From Squalus acanthias (Eukaryota), in NCBI GenBank assembly GCA_030390025.1, contig CM059433.1:13766001-13830000 (forward strand): DNA of 64,000 nucleotides. The letters run 5' to 3'. Under the pieces are notes generated by a model, which ran no database searches, had not been told where the DNA came from, and saw only the letters and a program-made list of their open reading frames with translations. The translations under genes and the position numbers were made by a program. Positions 51,276-63,192 of this stretch are shown here, piece by piece (positions within the stretch are counted from its first letter, which is position 1; each line of letters starts with the position of its first letter).

Positions 51276-52007
51276 GGGGGAAAAATTGAGTCGCGCCCCC
51301 TTTGGGGCGCTAACTTCGCCGGGGCGTTACTTTTAGCACCCCGAAAAAATTAGCGCCCCCGTGGCCGAAATTCATCGGTAGCGCCCCAAGAGGGAAGCGG
51401 AGCGCTACTGGAAGCACCCTGCTCTCCTCTTGGGGCGCTGCGAGGGAATATCACGGCGCTACGTGCCGTGGTATTGCAGGCCTTCCTCCCCTTCATAAAG
51501 GGGAGGGGCCTAGCGCAGCACGACCCGGGGCCCAACTGGGCCACCAGGGATCGGAGTGCCGGCAAAAGAGCCCGGCACTCAAGAGAAGTGCCGGGCTCAT
51601 GGAGTGCAGCCGGCACTCCGCAGAGAGGGGGGGGGGGGGGTGCGGGGGGTGCTCAGGAGGCCAGGGACGGTAGCGGAGGCAGGTGCTGGCAGGCAGCCGG
51701 CAACAAAAATGGCCGCCCGGCACCTCGCCTTTAAATAGCGCCGCCCCGGCCGCAGGTAGGCCCCCCTGACCCCGTCGGACATAGCGTCTGGCGGTAAGTC
51801 AGGGGGCGCTACCGAAGATAGCGGCCGGGGCGCGAGCGGGGTGCTGCGCACGATGATGACGTGATCGCCGGCGGCTAACGGTTACTGCCGCCGCTAACCT
51901 CCCGATGAATTCCGTGGGAGGTGTTGGCGGCGCTGCGCCAGGTGCTAGTTGCTTTGCGCTCCGTTAGCGCCCTAATGGGAGGCGCAAAGCAGCCGAATTT
52001 CTCCCCC
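51276..52007. mobile_element. GGGGGA-family MITE
   Basis: GGGGGAAAAATT / AATTTCTCCCCC ends; reverse-complement homologue of 7900-8616. Confidence 0.85.
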
Positions 52008-53038
52008 AGTGTATGTTAATTTCAAGGTAGTACCTCTATCGGGAAAATTCTGCGAGGTTACACTCCCAGCGCCGAGTTTCTCTTGACAGGAGACTGACGG
52101 GAGAATCTATTGGAAAATCAGGTGTGGAGGTCAGCACACCTAATTGATGGTTCTCCCAATTCTCCAGCGATTAAAATCCATCACCTGAAAAACGAGCACT
52201 TTGAACTTTATGCCCAATCCCCCAATCCATACTCCTGTTGAGCAAGGCGCCATACTCTCAGGGCTGCACATAGTGAAACCACCATTCCTGGCCGAATGGA
52301 GATGATTGGATAATTCACCCGCCACCACACTGTTGTCAGTGATATCCCGTCCACGATATAATTTGTCCAACCATGTAATAGTAGAGAAAAGTTTCAAATC
52401 CTGGAAATCCGTCAGGTTCCAACAAGATGAAAAGACAAGTTAACTTTCCTGGTCCAGACCCATTCCTTGGTTCTGTTCTTTTCTCTTTTCAGATGTTGAT
52501 GGATCTGCTGTTTGTATGCTCAGCCTCCCCTTATTATCATTATTTCTAAATCCATTACTCTTATTCCCAGACAGGGCTTTCACCTTTTGGAAAATCTGGG
52601 ACAAGAGCTAGAAATGAGACAGCAGGAGAACTCAATTGATGTCCACCGCGTAGCTCCTTGACACACATTAAAATTAGTATTAATTCATCAAGGTTTATAT
52701 CAGATATTGTCATTAATGTTTACTTATATGATTCAGGTCAATAGAAGTCTCTCTCTCTCTCTCTCACACACTCTCGCTGTCCTGTTACTTTCTCCCTTTG
52801 CTATTGCTGTCTCACCTTCACCCTCCCCTCCCCCACCTCGTGTTTTCTCTTTCTCTGGTGCTGAGGCCAATTGCAGCACCCATGCTGGAGCTAAAATGCC
52901 CCACTCTGCGGTGGTGTTGTGGCAGGGTGGGACCTCCGCCATCTCTCTGATGACTGCCTGAACTCCAACCTATTTTCCTGGGTCAGAGGGAGAGCAGTGG
53001 AATATCCCGGTCAAACCCAAATTTAAATAAGAAAAATC

Positions 53039-54054
53039 AGAGAAAGGGACGGAATATGGAAGGAGGGAAATCAGAGGAGGAAATGAGGAAAGGATTTATA
53101 GGGCTAATATCACAGTAAAAAAGATACTGCTGACATCTGAGGAGCTTTAATATGGCATAAAGAAAATGATTTGTTTAAAAAGCATGTGAGCTGAAAACTG
53201 TAAAAAGAAAATGGACAGACTCCAATGCCTGGATATCTCCGAGCTGCTGGCAGTCTGGGAATTAATGAGCTGTGGATCTTTCACATTTGTAAAGTGAAGC
53301 ACAGTAGTACATCATAAAATATTCAAGTTTCACTGAATAATTAAATGGTTCAGTGCTGCGCCGTACAGAACAGCGAGGTTCCTGCTTCAGCTTGTCTTGA
53401 GTTAGTCAGTCTCAGCTGGGCTGGCAGTCGAGACTCACCCACCGTTACTTAACTTCTAGGCTGACACTCTCCCAGTGCAGTGCTGAGGGAGTGCTGCACT
53501 GTCGGAGGTGCCGTCTTTCGGACGAGACGTTAAACCGAGGCCCCGTCTGCTCTCTCAGGTGGACGTAAAAGATCCCCATGGCCACTATCTCGAAGAAGAG
53601 CAGGGGGAGTTATCCCCAGTGTCCTGGCCATTATTTATCCCTCAACCAACATAACAAAAAAAACAGATTATCTGGTCATTATCACATTGCTGTTTGTGGG
53701 ACCTTGCTGTGCGCAAATTGGCTGCCGCATTGCCCACATTACAACAGTGACTCCACTTCAAAAAGTACTTCATTGGCTGTAAGCGCTTTGGGACATCCTG
53801 AGGTCATGAAAGGTGCTGTATAAATGCAAGTCATTTTTTAACAGGCATAAGAAAATCTAGAGAAAGGGACGGAATATGGAAGGAGGGAAATCAGAGGAGG
53901 AAATGAGGAAAGGATTTATAGGGCTAATATCACAGTAAAAAAGATACTGCTGACATCTGAGGAGCTTTAGAATGGCATAAGGAAAATGATTTGTTCAAAA
54001 AGTATGTGAACTGAAAACTGTAAAAAAAAAATAGGCCGACTCCAATGCCTGGAT
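53039..54054. repeat. About 195-bp direct repeat pair, 820 bp apart
   Basis: 53039-53234 versus 53859-54054. Confidence 0.95.
53456..53833 (+). mobile_element. Deu-domain (SacSINE1-like) SINE
   Basis: gctgacactc-ccagtgcagt-ctgagggagtgctgcactgtcggaggtgccgtctttc...aaggtgct-tataaatgcaag. Confidence 0.85.
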
Positions 54055-54424
54055 GTTGGGTGAGGCTAATAGCAGGTCAGCTGAGATTGTTCATCTCTCT
54101 TCCCTGTCAAGTAGCTGCAAATACTCATTGTCCAGGCTCACATGTGTAAAGTGATCACGTGGACAAGATCCCAGTGTTGCTACTCATTGAACTGTATTCC
54201 AGCCTCTGAAAAGTGTCCATCACTTCAAGAGTAAAGGGAGTAAAGGGAGAACATTCTTTTTTAAATCCAAGTTGTGTCTGTGGTTCTACCCAAGCATGTT
54301 CTAATGTCATAACCTCGGCCACTATCACATTTATATTTTATTTTTTCATCCACCCTTTTGTTTGGTTCCCCCCCCCTTTTCTTTCCTCCCAGAAGCTGGC
54401 AGCTGTCCTTCATTCTGCCAGTGC

Positions 54425-54697
54425 ATTTCACACTTCATTTAGCCTCAACCTGTTACATCAACACCTCCTCTTGCCTTGATCATCTCTTAATGTCTCTCAA
54501 TGTCTCTTAATCTCTCCTTTTGTTCTTTCATCCCCTCCCGCTTTTCCCAGCTTTATCCTTGCTTTAAATCTATTTCATTTCCTGCTTTTTTCCAGTTCTG
54601 ACGAAAGGTCTTCGACCTGAAACGTTAACTCTGTTTCTCTCTCCACGGATGCTGCCTGGCCTGCTGAGTTTTTCCAGCGTTTTCTGTTGTTATTTCA
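54425..54697 (+). mobile_element. Penelope-like terminal repeat fragment
   Basis: Pyrimidine-rich tract, hammerhead motif, then gatgctgcctg-cctgctgagt-tttccagc. Confidence 0.75.
54594..54630 (+). ncRNA. Minimal type I hammerhead ribozyme motif
   Basis: AGTT-CTGACGA-A-AGGTC ttc GACCT-GAAA-CGTT-AACT. Confidence 0.75.
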
Positions 54698-56187
54698 TGT
54701 TCCAGTGCTGCTTGTCCTAAAACATATCCACTTCTATGAAGGTAAGAGTACTTCTTAAGATAAGATGGGTCCCAGAATTAAGCTGTGGGATGCCAGCAGA
54801 TGCATGCTTAATGTGTTCCTCTGAAATTTAGCTTTCTGCTGTTTTAGTGGAGACATTAATCATAGATCATAGAATAGTACTGCACAGAAGGAGGCCATTC
54901 GGCCCATCCAGTTAGTCCCACGCCCCCTCGCTCTTTCCTCAAATCCCTGCAATATTTTCTCCTTCAAGTATTTATCCAATTCCCTTTTGAAGGCGACTAT
55001 TGCAATTGTATCCACCATCCATTTATTTAAATAGCACTAATATCCTACAGCGTGGCTCCTGGTCCCTCGATTATACGTATTGTTCATCTGTACATAGGTA
55101 TTGCCAATAATCTCAGTGCAAGTACTAATAATGAAAATAGCAACAATAGAACAAAAATAACATTGTCATGTACATTTGCATACTTCTGTCTTGTTAGACA
55201 ATATTCTCTGTTTACTTTCAAACCAAAAGGTGATGCAGACTATTTTTGTTAAGCCTTCTTGGGGAAAATTTTGAGAGAAACACCTTAAGAGAGAATCAGC
55301 TTCTGAGACTTTTGCTGAAAGCAGTTTGGAACGTTGAAATGGTGTACAAGAATTTTATCTATTTATTGAAATTGAGCTGTTTAGGTAATTTTCTATCAGA
55401 CTGTTAATATTAGCTAAAAGATTTATCTGTTTCAGGGTGATGTGTTTTGAATTCTGTTGATAATTCAGAACACTGGGAAGAATTCTAACTCTACCCGCTC
55501 AGCGGGTACGGACTGGGTGAGCAGTTAAAAGGAACGGCTCCATTTCCCGCCGATCTCCGATTTTAACGCTGCTAGTTTCAGCGGTGCCCACTGGACTTGG
55601 GCGGGAGCCTCATGCATAAAAGCTAATCGGGTCCTATAACGACAGTAGGACCCCCGCCCCACCCTCCCCCATGGCATTTTAACTGGGGCCTAATTGAAGA
55701 AGCTCCAACAGCAACCTCGGCGCCTCGCCAGGCTAAAGCAAGTCCGCAGCTCGTAGGAGGACTCCAAGTTAAGTGAGTAACTTTCATTTGTGGGGCCAGG
55801 CGTGGCAAGAGCGTCCCACAAAGAAATTTGTGGCCTCCTCTTCCCCGAATTCTCTCTCGCTCCCGAAACCTCACCACTTACCCACAAGCAACCTTCCTCT
55901 GCTGCCAGCTGCACTGTGCTCTCTTCCTGCCCACAATGGGCAGCAAGTGAACCAGCAGCATTAATAGAGGACTATTAATGGACCACTGTCACTAGGTTTG
56001 CAAGATTTTAAGGTGGGTTCCAAGAGCAGTTGGCACCATAAATGTCATTGAGGACCAGTTCAACTTGAACAGACCTGCTACAAACTTTTAAACCTTTTGT
56101 GGTATTCCTTATATTTTTAACCAGATCACCTGTCTTATGCAAGTTTCGGATATCCATATTATAAACATACTAAGAGGCATAGGACTG

Positions 56188-56755
56188 GAAACATAGAAAC
56201 ATAGAAAAATAGGAGCAGGAGTAGGCCATTCGGCCCTTCGAGCCTGCTCCACCATTCAATATGATCATGGCTGATCCTCTATCTCAATACCATATTCCCG
56301 CTCTCTCCCCATACCCCTTGATGTCTTTTGAGTCTCGAAATCTATCTATCTCCTTCTTAAATATATTCAGTGACTTGGCCTCCACAGCCTTCTGCGGTAG
56401 AGAATTCCACAGGTTCACCACCCTCTGAGTGAAGAAATTTCTCCTCATCTCAGTCCTAAATGTCCTACCCCGTATCCTGAGACTGTGACCCCTCGTTCTA
56501 GACCCCCCAGCCCGGGGAGACATCCTCCCTGCATCCAGTCTGTCTAGCCCGGTCAGAATTTTATACGTTTCAATGAGATCCCCTCTCATTCTTCTAAACT
56601 CTAGTGAATACAGGCCTAGTCGACCCAATCTCTCCTCATACGACAGTCCTGCCATCCCAGGAATCAGTCTGGTGAACCTTCGCTGCACTCCCTCTATGGC
56701 AAGTATATCCTTCCTTAGGTAAGGAGACCAAAACTGCACACGGTACTCCAGGTGT
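56188..56755 (-). mobile_element. HER1/CR1 LINE 3' fragment
   Basis: ORF 56284-56739 QFWSPYLRKDILAIEGVQRRFTRLIPG...; (catagaaa)n tail. Confidence 0.93.
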
Positions 56756-56950
56756 ACAGACTAGAGGCCAGCTATCTCCAATATCCTGTCATGAAGCTCT
56801 TGCATTACGTCATGAAGCCGCCCTGCTTGTTGTTAATTAACATTTGGCCAATGTTCTTAAACGTCCACAGAAACTCGATCGATAGTCGGAAGGCACATGT
56901 AAAATCCGTGCAGCTGTTTACACTGCAGTAACCGTGGTGTAGCAAGACTT

Positions 56951-58100
56951 TGGCCCCCGATAAACTGCACTGCTTATCCCATCGGAATTCGCGGGGTCAG
57001 CACGTTTAAATATTGACTGGCGTGTCAAACAACACGGGAGCAAACCGCTGGAGGGGAAGGGAACTTGTTGCAGCAGGATTTAGATAACTGGCTGCAACTT
57101 AAGATGGCAGCAGCTTCCTGTGTCTTCTCCTCTGGATTTTGACAGGAATGTTCAATTTCCGTGATTTCTTACCAAAGGCTTTCTTCGTGATTTCTCAAGA
57201 TGACATGATGACTTCCACATCATGCACTTGTGGATCGCAAGGAAGGGCTCTGGCAATTGGCAGGAAGAGGCAAGCACAGATTTATAAATCCTTCTGATTG
57301 AAACCGCCAAAGAGAATCTGACTGCTGGGCTTGCAGGGGAGGGAGGTTCCCTGAGGTAATTGTCAGAGGTGACAGTGGCGATGTGTGCTACCTCTCTCAC
57401 CCCCAGGACAGCAGAGCAGCGCCAGAAGAAGTCAATGACTTGACGAGAGAACAGCAGGCTTCCTCTTTTCACTTTAGTATCAGGAGACACCCTCTCCAGA
57501 TCACTTAAGTGGAACGGCGAGTCTTTGTTTACAGTGCACTGTTGTCCAATGGCTCTCGAACTCTTTCACTTGCTACCTGTGCTTGGAACCTGCCTCACAA
57601 ATCCTCCTTGCATGCAGCCCCTTACAACTTCAACTACTCATGTTAGAGGGTCCTTCCAGCACTTGTCCTCCCTATTACATCAGTTGCAACCTGGGAGATA
57701 TGCTTCACGTGCTTGCCTTCACCTAATATTGGTAATATTTTCCAGGAGCACTTGCCCACCAACCTCAGCAGCTCAATGACCTCCTCCTCGAAATCAGTGA
57801 GCTCTTTCATACCAGGTCCCTACACCAGACATCTGGTGTAGGGACCTGGTATGAAAGAGCTCACTGATTTCGAGGAGGAGGTCATTGAGCTGCTGAGGAT
57901 GGTGGGCAAGTGCCACATGCAGGTGAGTGAATGAAAAACAGCACCTGCACTTACTACAACACTCTACAGAACCAAGCTGCCATGGAACTCCAGAGCTGTC
58001 TCTATCGTGTCACCCATTCTGTGGGATACATGTTCTTACCTCATTTCGTCTTCTTCCATAGTTCCTGAACTGAGAGGGAGGAACAGAAGAAGACTATCTC
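56951..58100. mobile_element. Rearranged Harbinger Myb-like remnant
   Basis: + strand EVTVAMCATSLTPRTAEQRQKK-NDLTR (57366-57447) and GPGMKELTDFEEEVIELL (57842-57895); boundaries uncertain. Confidence 0.45.
57748..57913. repeat. Near-perfect inverted repeat: 82-bp arms, 2-nt spacer
   Basis: 57748-57829 is the reverse complement of 57832-57913 with one mismatch. Confidence 0.97.
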
Positions 58101-58103
58101 CTA

Positions 58104-58625
58104 CAAGGGAGAACCTAACCACCTCTCCTTGATATCCAATGACATCACCAAATCCCCATCATCAACATCCTGAGGGTCACCATTGACCAGAAACTTAACT
58201 GGACCAGCCACATAAATGCCGTAGCTCACTAGAGCAGGTCACAGGCTGGGTATTCTGAGGAGAGTGGCTCATCTCCTGTCTCCCCAAAGCCTCATCATCA
58301 CTTACAAGGCACAAGTCAGGCGTGTGATGGAATACTCTCCACTTGCCTGGATGAGTGCAGCTCCAACAACACTCAAGAAGCTCAACACCATCCAGGACAA
58401 AGCAGTCTGCTTGATCGGCAGCCCATCCATTAGCTTAAACATTCACTCCCTCCACCACCAGCGCACTGTGGCTGCAGTGTGTACCATCTACAGGATGCAC
58501 TGCAGAAACTCGCCAAGGCTTCTTTGACAGCACCTCCCAAACCCGCGACCTCTACTACCTAGAAGGACAAGGGCAGCAGGTGCATGGGAATACCATCATC
58601 TCCAAGTCACACACCATCCCAACTT
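58104..58625 (+). mobile_element. CR1 (Zenon-like) LINE internal fragment
   Basis: LLSPQSLIITYKAQVRRVMEYSPLAWMSAAPTTLKKL; homologous to about 21385-21925. Confidence 0.88.
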
Positions 58626-58721
58626 ATCCCATTTATCGACCATCATATAAAATATTTAATAGAGAAATTTTCCAAATTTAACACAAGATGAAACCTTTGC
58701 TTTCATCACAAAGTTAACATT

Positions 58722-59487
58722 GGGCCAGAAATTAGGCACTTGCCGGGTGAGTCCGTGCTGTGTACTCACCCGTAAGGCCTCCTGAAGTGCCGGTTTCCTG
58801 CATGCACTGCGCATGCGCGGGAAACCGGAACTTCTGGTTTCGTGAAGGGAGTGGTTCAAAGGTGAGCCGCGTGCGCGGGAGAGGCTGTGCGCACGCAGCG
58901 AACTTAGGTTTTTTTTCAGGTTTCTCCGGGAGGGTAAGTATTGAAGAAGCTGCACTTTTAAAAAGGAGGCGCAAGACCTGTTTTTAACAAGGTAAGTGGT
59001 TAATTAATTACAATTTTAAATTTTTTTTAACAGGTTTATCTTTTTTAGATACTTTAAAGAAAGGTAAGTTTATTTTTAGCACTGTTAAAAAGTATTTTAA
59101 TTTTGTCAAAAATTTAAATTTTTGTTTAAAGTAGTTAATTTATTTAACTTATAGTTATTTTAAAAATGTGATGGTTTTAAAAAAAATTTATTTGAAGTTC
59201 AGGCGTTGTTTTGGGGCTGATTTCAATTCATAGATTTGACAGGTCTTCCTGTCAAATCTATGAATGAAAGATGGTCTGCTGCCATTGGCTCTCCATGGCC
59301 CACGTGATCCCAGGGGACGCATCGCACTAACTACGCCCCTGGGATACACAAGCACTGCGCGCCGGCAGCTGCAGGAGGCCCAGGAGCTGAAGTCTCCGTG
59401 GGCCCAGAGGTCAACGGCAGGCGCGGTAGGTAGGTGTGCGCGTGATCATTGCACCCGCGGGAAGCCAGGGAGCCTAATTTCTGGGCC
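58722..59487. mobile_element. Harbinger-like MITE with an AT-rich core and an internal hairpin
   Basis: 16-bp TIR GGGCCAGAAATTAGGC (1 mismatch); TSD ATT. Confidence 0.85.
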
Positions 59488-59659
59488 ATTATTGGTTTTA
59501 AATTGTTCCTCAGCTTTGATGTTTACCAGTTAATTTCTTTCAGTTCTTCCTTCCTCTTTTTGAAGTTAACCTTCTTAAAATCCGATATTTTGGCCCTGGT
59601 CATTTCGGATTGCCAGATATGTGATAAGTAATAGAGATGAGATAACTGACAGACACATG

Positions 59660-60432
59660 GGCCCGATAATAACTCTGAGGCAAGTTTGGAGCGAGGGGGG
59701 GGGGGGTGGCGCTGGGGTGGGGCGATATTGCGTGCAAAACCTGGAAGAAGTCTCGGCCGCGTCAAAATGTGCAATTTCAACAGGGCCACCTCAGTATAAC
59801 TTTACTTCCGGGTTTCGCGTCTTCAGTGCGTGACAGCGGGCGTGGTGCAGACCCACATGACGCGACCTCAACTCAAGTATTTAAAGGGCCAATCCAAGGA
59901 TGGAATTTGAAGGATTGAAGAGCTGCAGCAAACGGAAGGAGTAGTGTAGTGATGGATTCAGGCAGCCATGGTGCCACTCATCCTGATGTTCTGACTGTCA
60001 ATACCTCCAAAGTCCATAAATTAGCCTCTCACAACAAGTATTCTCACCAAACCCTTTCCCAGTGGGAGGCAAGAAAGCAGCCGAGAGCACTGAGCCGTTT
60101 TTGATCACAGTATTCGTGCCTTTTAATGCGCCCCATGAATTGCCATTCAGTCTTCTCGCCTTCCTTTCAATGGTGACTTTCAGAAAGCCTGGGAAATCCA
60201 TGCATGTGCTGTTAAATATAAATGCGGGTGAAAATCTCGTCGAGGTAGCCTGAGTTAAACATTATAATCAGTAACCCACCTCTCTGGAGGGGATTATGTA
60301 CACGCAGCCAAATGCGCCTAAGTTAAACCCGAAAGTCCACGTGTTGGAGCCGACTTCCATTTTCCATTTTCGGTAAATTTAACCGCCCTCCCGAACCCAA
60401 CCCACAGGCTCTTGACTGTTAAAATTCATCCC
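59660..60432. mobile_element. Harbinger-like non-autonomous element
   Basis: Degenerate GGCCCGAT..TAAC / GTTAAAATTCATCCC ends; TSD ATG. Confidence 0.55.
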
Positions 60433-61625
60433 ATGGGCTCCAATTTTACATACCATTCCCAGTGCATCATTGGCACTGGCATGGTGCTGTAGCATTTTGA
60501 GTCCCGCAAAAGGGGAAGAAACCCATTAACATTGGGTTTCCACCCCATAAAATGTGCACTGCTGTTTCTGATCAGGTCTGGGCCATTCCGCCAATGCAGA
60601 AGCTAATGCTGCCAGGAACTTTGGAGGTATATTATCTGCAGTGTTATATTTCGACACTACTCAAAGTGTTGTCCATATATAATCGGAAATACGGTCCATA
60701 GAAGCATAAAAGCCCGTTAGGACCTGCAGTAATAAGAAATGAACCATATTTACATCCTTCAATCATTACAGATTGACGACTAGTCAATGGAGTAGAATGT
60801 CCGCGGTGTTTCCCCCATTGTAACTTCAGAGGAGGATTGGCAGATCTGTTTATGTTATTTCTCCGGGTTTTCACTGATCTCCCATGGAAGCCACAGTGGG
60901 AGATTGGGAGAGCCGCCATAGAAATTCTAGCCCAATAGGTTTTTCAAATAAAGAGGGTAACACTTCATTGGTATTAAGTTATTCCATTTTTACTTGAAGT
61001 TGTTTGTGCTCAGCACAATGACAATATTTGCTATAAATCAAGCCATGCTGTCCCAGTCTTTGCCCTTATATTAAATGAATTAATAAGTTATGTAAGAAGG
61101 ATGAGCTGGTTACCTGTTTAGCAGATTTCCTTTTTTCTGGCTGCAGTTATAACGCTACTTTTATGTTGATGCAAATCGGTCTCAGCTGGAAGCTGCAGTA
61201 TAACTGGAAGATCAGAGGCCAATCTGATACTTGAACAAATGACGACACATCAAAAGTTCTTCATTGGCTGTAAAGCGCGTTGGGACTTCCTGTGGTCTTT
61301 CTTAAAGCCAACCAGAGTGAAACTACTCCAAGAGGTTGGCTCACACTGTTTGGGCTTGGCACTGGGTGGAGTGGAGTATAGCTCCGGTCCAGTGTGAAGC
61401 CGGGTTTCAAGACTTCTCAGGTGGGTAGTTGGATCATCTCGTCACTTTTCAGTCTTTTTAATGTTATCAGAAAGCAAATGCTGTTGCCCACACTCTCTTA
61501 AAGATAAAAAGTAGCCACTGGGAGAATAGAGCTCTATGTATAGTGTCTCCTTTTTCATTTGCTTTTGGCTACCCTTTATCTTTCATGGAAAATAGTGTGC
61601 GAGTCACCACTCATGGTATATTTAG

Positions 61626-61863
61626 AAACATAGAAACATAGAAAAATAGGAGCAGGAGTAGGCCATTCGGCCCTTCGGCCCTTCGAGCCTTCAATATGAT
61701 CATGGCTGATCCTCTATCTCAATACATATTCCCGCTCTCTCCCCATACCCCTTGATGCCTTTTGTGTCTAGAAATCTATCTATCTCCTTCTTAAATATAT
61801 TCAGTGACTTGGCCTCCACAGCTTTCTGTGGCAGAGAATTCCACAGGTTCAGCACCCTCTGAA
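61626..61863 (-). mobile_element. HER1/CR1 3' tail
   Basis: Near identical to 56188-56428. Confidence 0.9.
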
Positions 61864-62655
61864 CCTGTCTTGTCATCTGTGCTTTGCCCTCTACAGTCAA
61901 TGGTCTCAAATTGGCCGTGTGGTGTAACTGCAACCGAAGGTACAGGAATAAAAATTCCATTACCATAACAAAATAGGAATGAAAAAAAACCGAGCACATA
62001 TCTTAAAGGAAAGGTTATTAAATTATCACATAATCCTAAACGTTGTTAAGAAATACTTTCTCATGTATTGGTGTTCTTCACCTGCCCCTGTGAGTGCTCC
62101 AGTGATCTGTACTGGTAACTGGTAACCTGCAGTGTTTTAGCTAGTGAAGCTTCAGCACTACCCCTGTGCACACTTGGGCATTGCTTAGCCATGAGTCTGC
62201 AAACCTGCATGAATGTTTGTCAGGTTCAGACAACGGGGAGAAAGAGTACACTCCACATTAAGCAACAAATGCTCGATAGATGGGTATACATTTCAAAATA
62301 GACTCTTAAACATGGTAATGAGTTTCCCTGAATGTCCAACACCCAGCTGACCCCCCCAAAAAACGTAATGTCATGAAGTTGCACTTCAGTGTCATCATGA
62401 ATGGACATGATGGGTTGTGAGCAGTATCTCTCACAGTTACATTCAAATACGGGGCTTAAATTGACTGTTACACCAGGGCTGTAGGTGCACAGGAAATCCC
62501 TGATAGCAGATTAATACAGGTTGTCCAAACCTTTGTGTACTCAGCACCTTCAGGAGACATCTCTCACTGTCACTTTCATCTTCAGCTACACTATGCAATA
62601 TGTGAACTAAGAAACTACCAAAACCAAAGGTAACATTCCCCATCTTAACTTGTCT

Positions 62656-63078
62656 CATAGAAACATAGAATCTAGGAGCAGGAGTAGGCCATTCGGCCCG
62701 TCGAGCCTGCTCCGCCATTCAATACGATCATGGCTGATCATCCAAATCCAGTACCCTGTCCCTGCTTCAATCCCCACAGTACACATATCCCACCCTACCC
62801 CCGTAACCCCATGTACTTAATTCCCCCTAACATATCCCATCCTATCCCCATAACCCCACATATTTAATCCCCCCTAACACTAAGGGTCAATTTATCATAG
62901 CCAAATCAACCTAACCCACACATTTTTGGACTGTGGGAGGAAACCGGAGCACCCGGAGGAAACCCACGCAGACACGGGGAGAATGTGCAAACTCCACACA
63001 GACAGTCACCCGAGGTCAGATTCGAACCCGGGTCTCTGGCGCTGTGAGGCACCAGTGCTAACCACTATGCCACCGTCT
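62656..63078 (-). mobile_element. Full-length HE1-type V-SINE
   Basis: A box TGGCATAGTGG, B box GGTTCGAATC, V-domain gtgggtttcctccgggtgctccggtttcctcccac, internal 47-bp duplication, HER1 tail. Confidence 0.92.
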
Positions 63079-63192
63079 CGTCGCAGTGCTTTCTTCTAAC
63101 AAAGCCGATTTACAGAGAGCCTGAAGTATATCAGGTCTCGCAATCAAGTATTCTTCACCGGTTCCATTAAAGAGATTTGGGACCCACTGGGA

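Noticed and set aside
52140..52400. Candidate upstream SNTG2 exon after a minus-strand tttccAG
   Set aside because: The translation does not resemble the expected syntrophin PH-region sequence.
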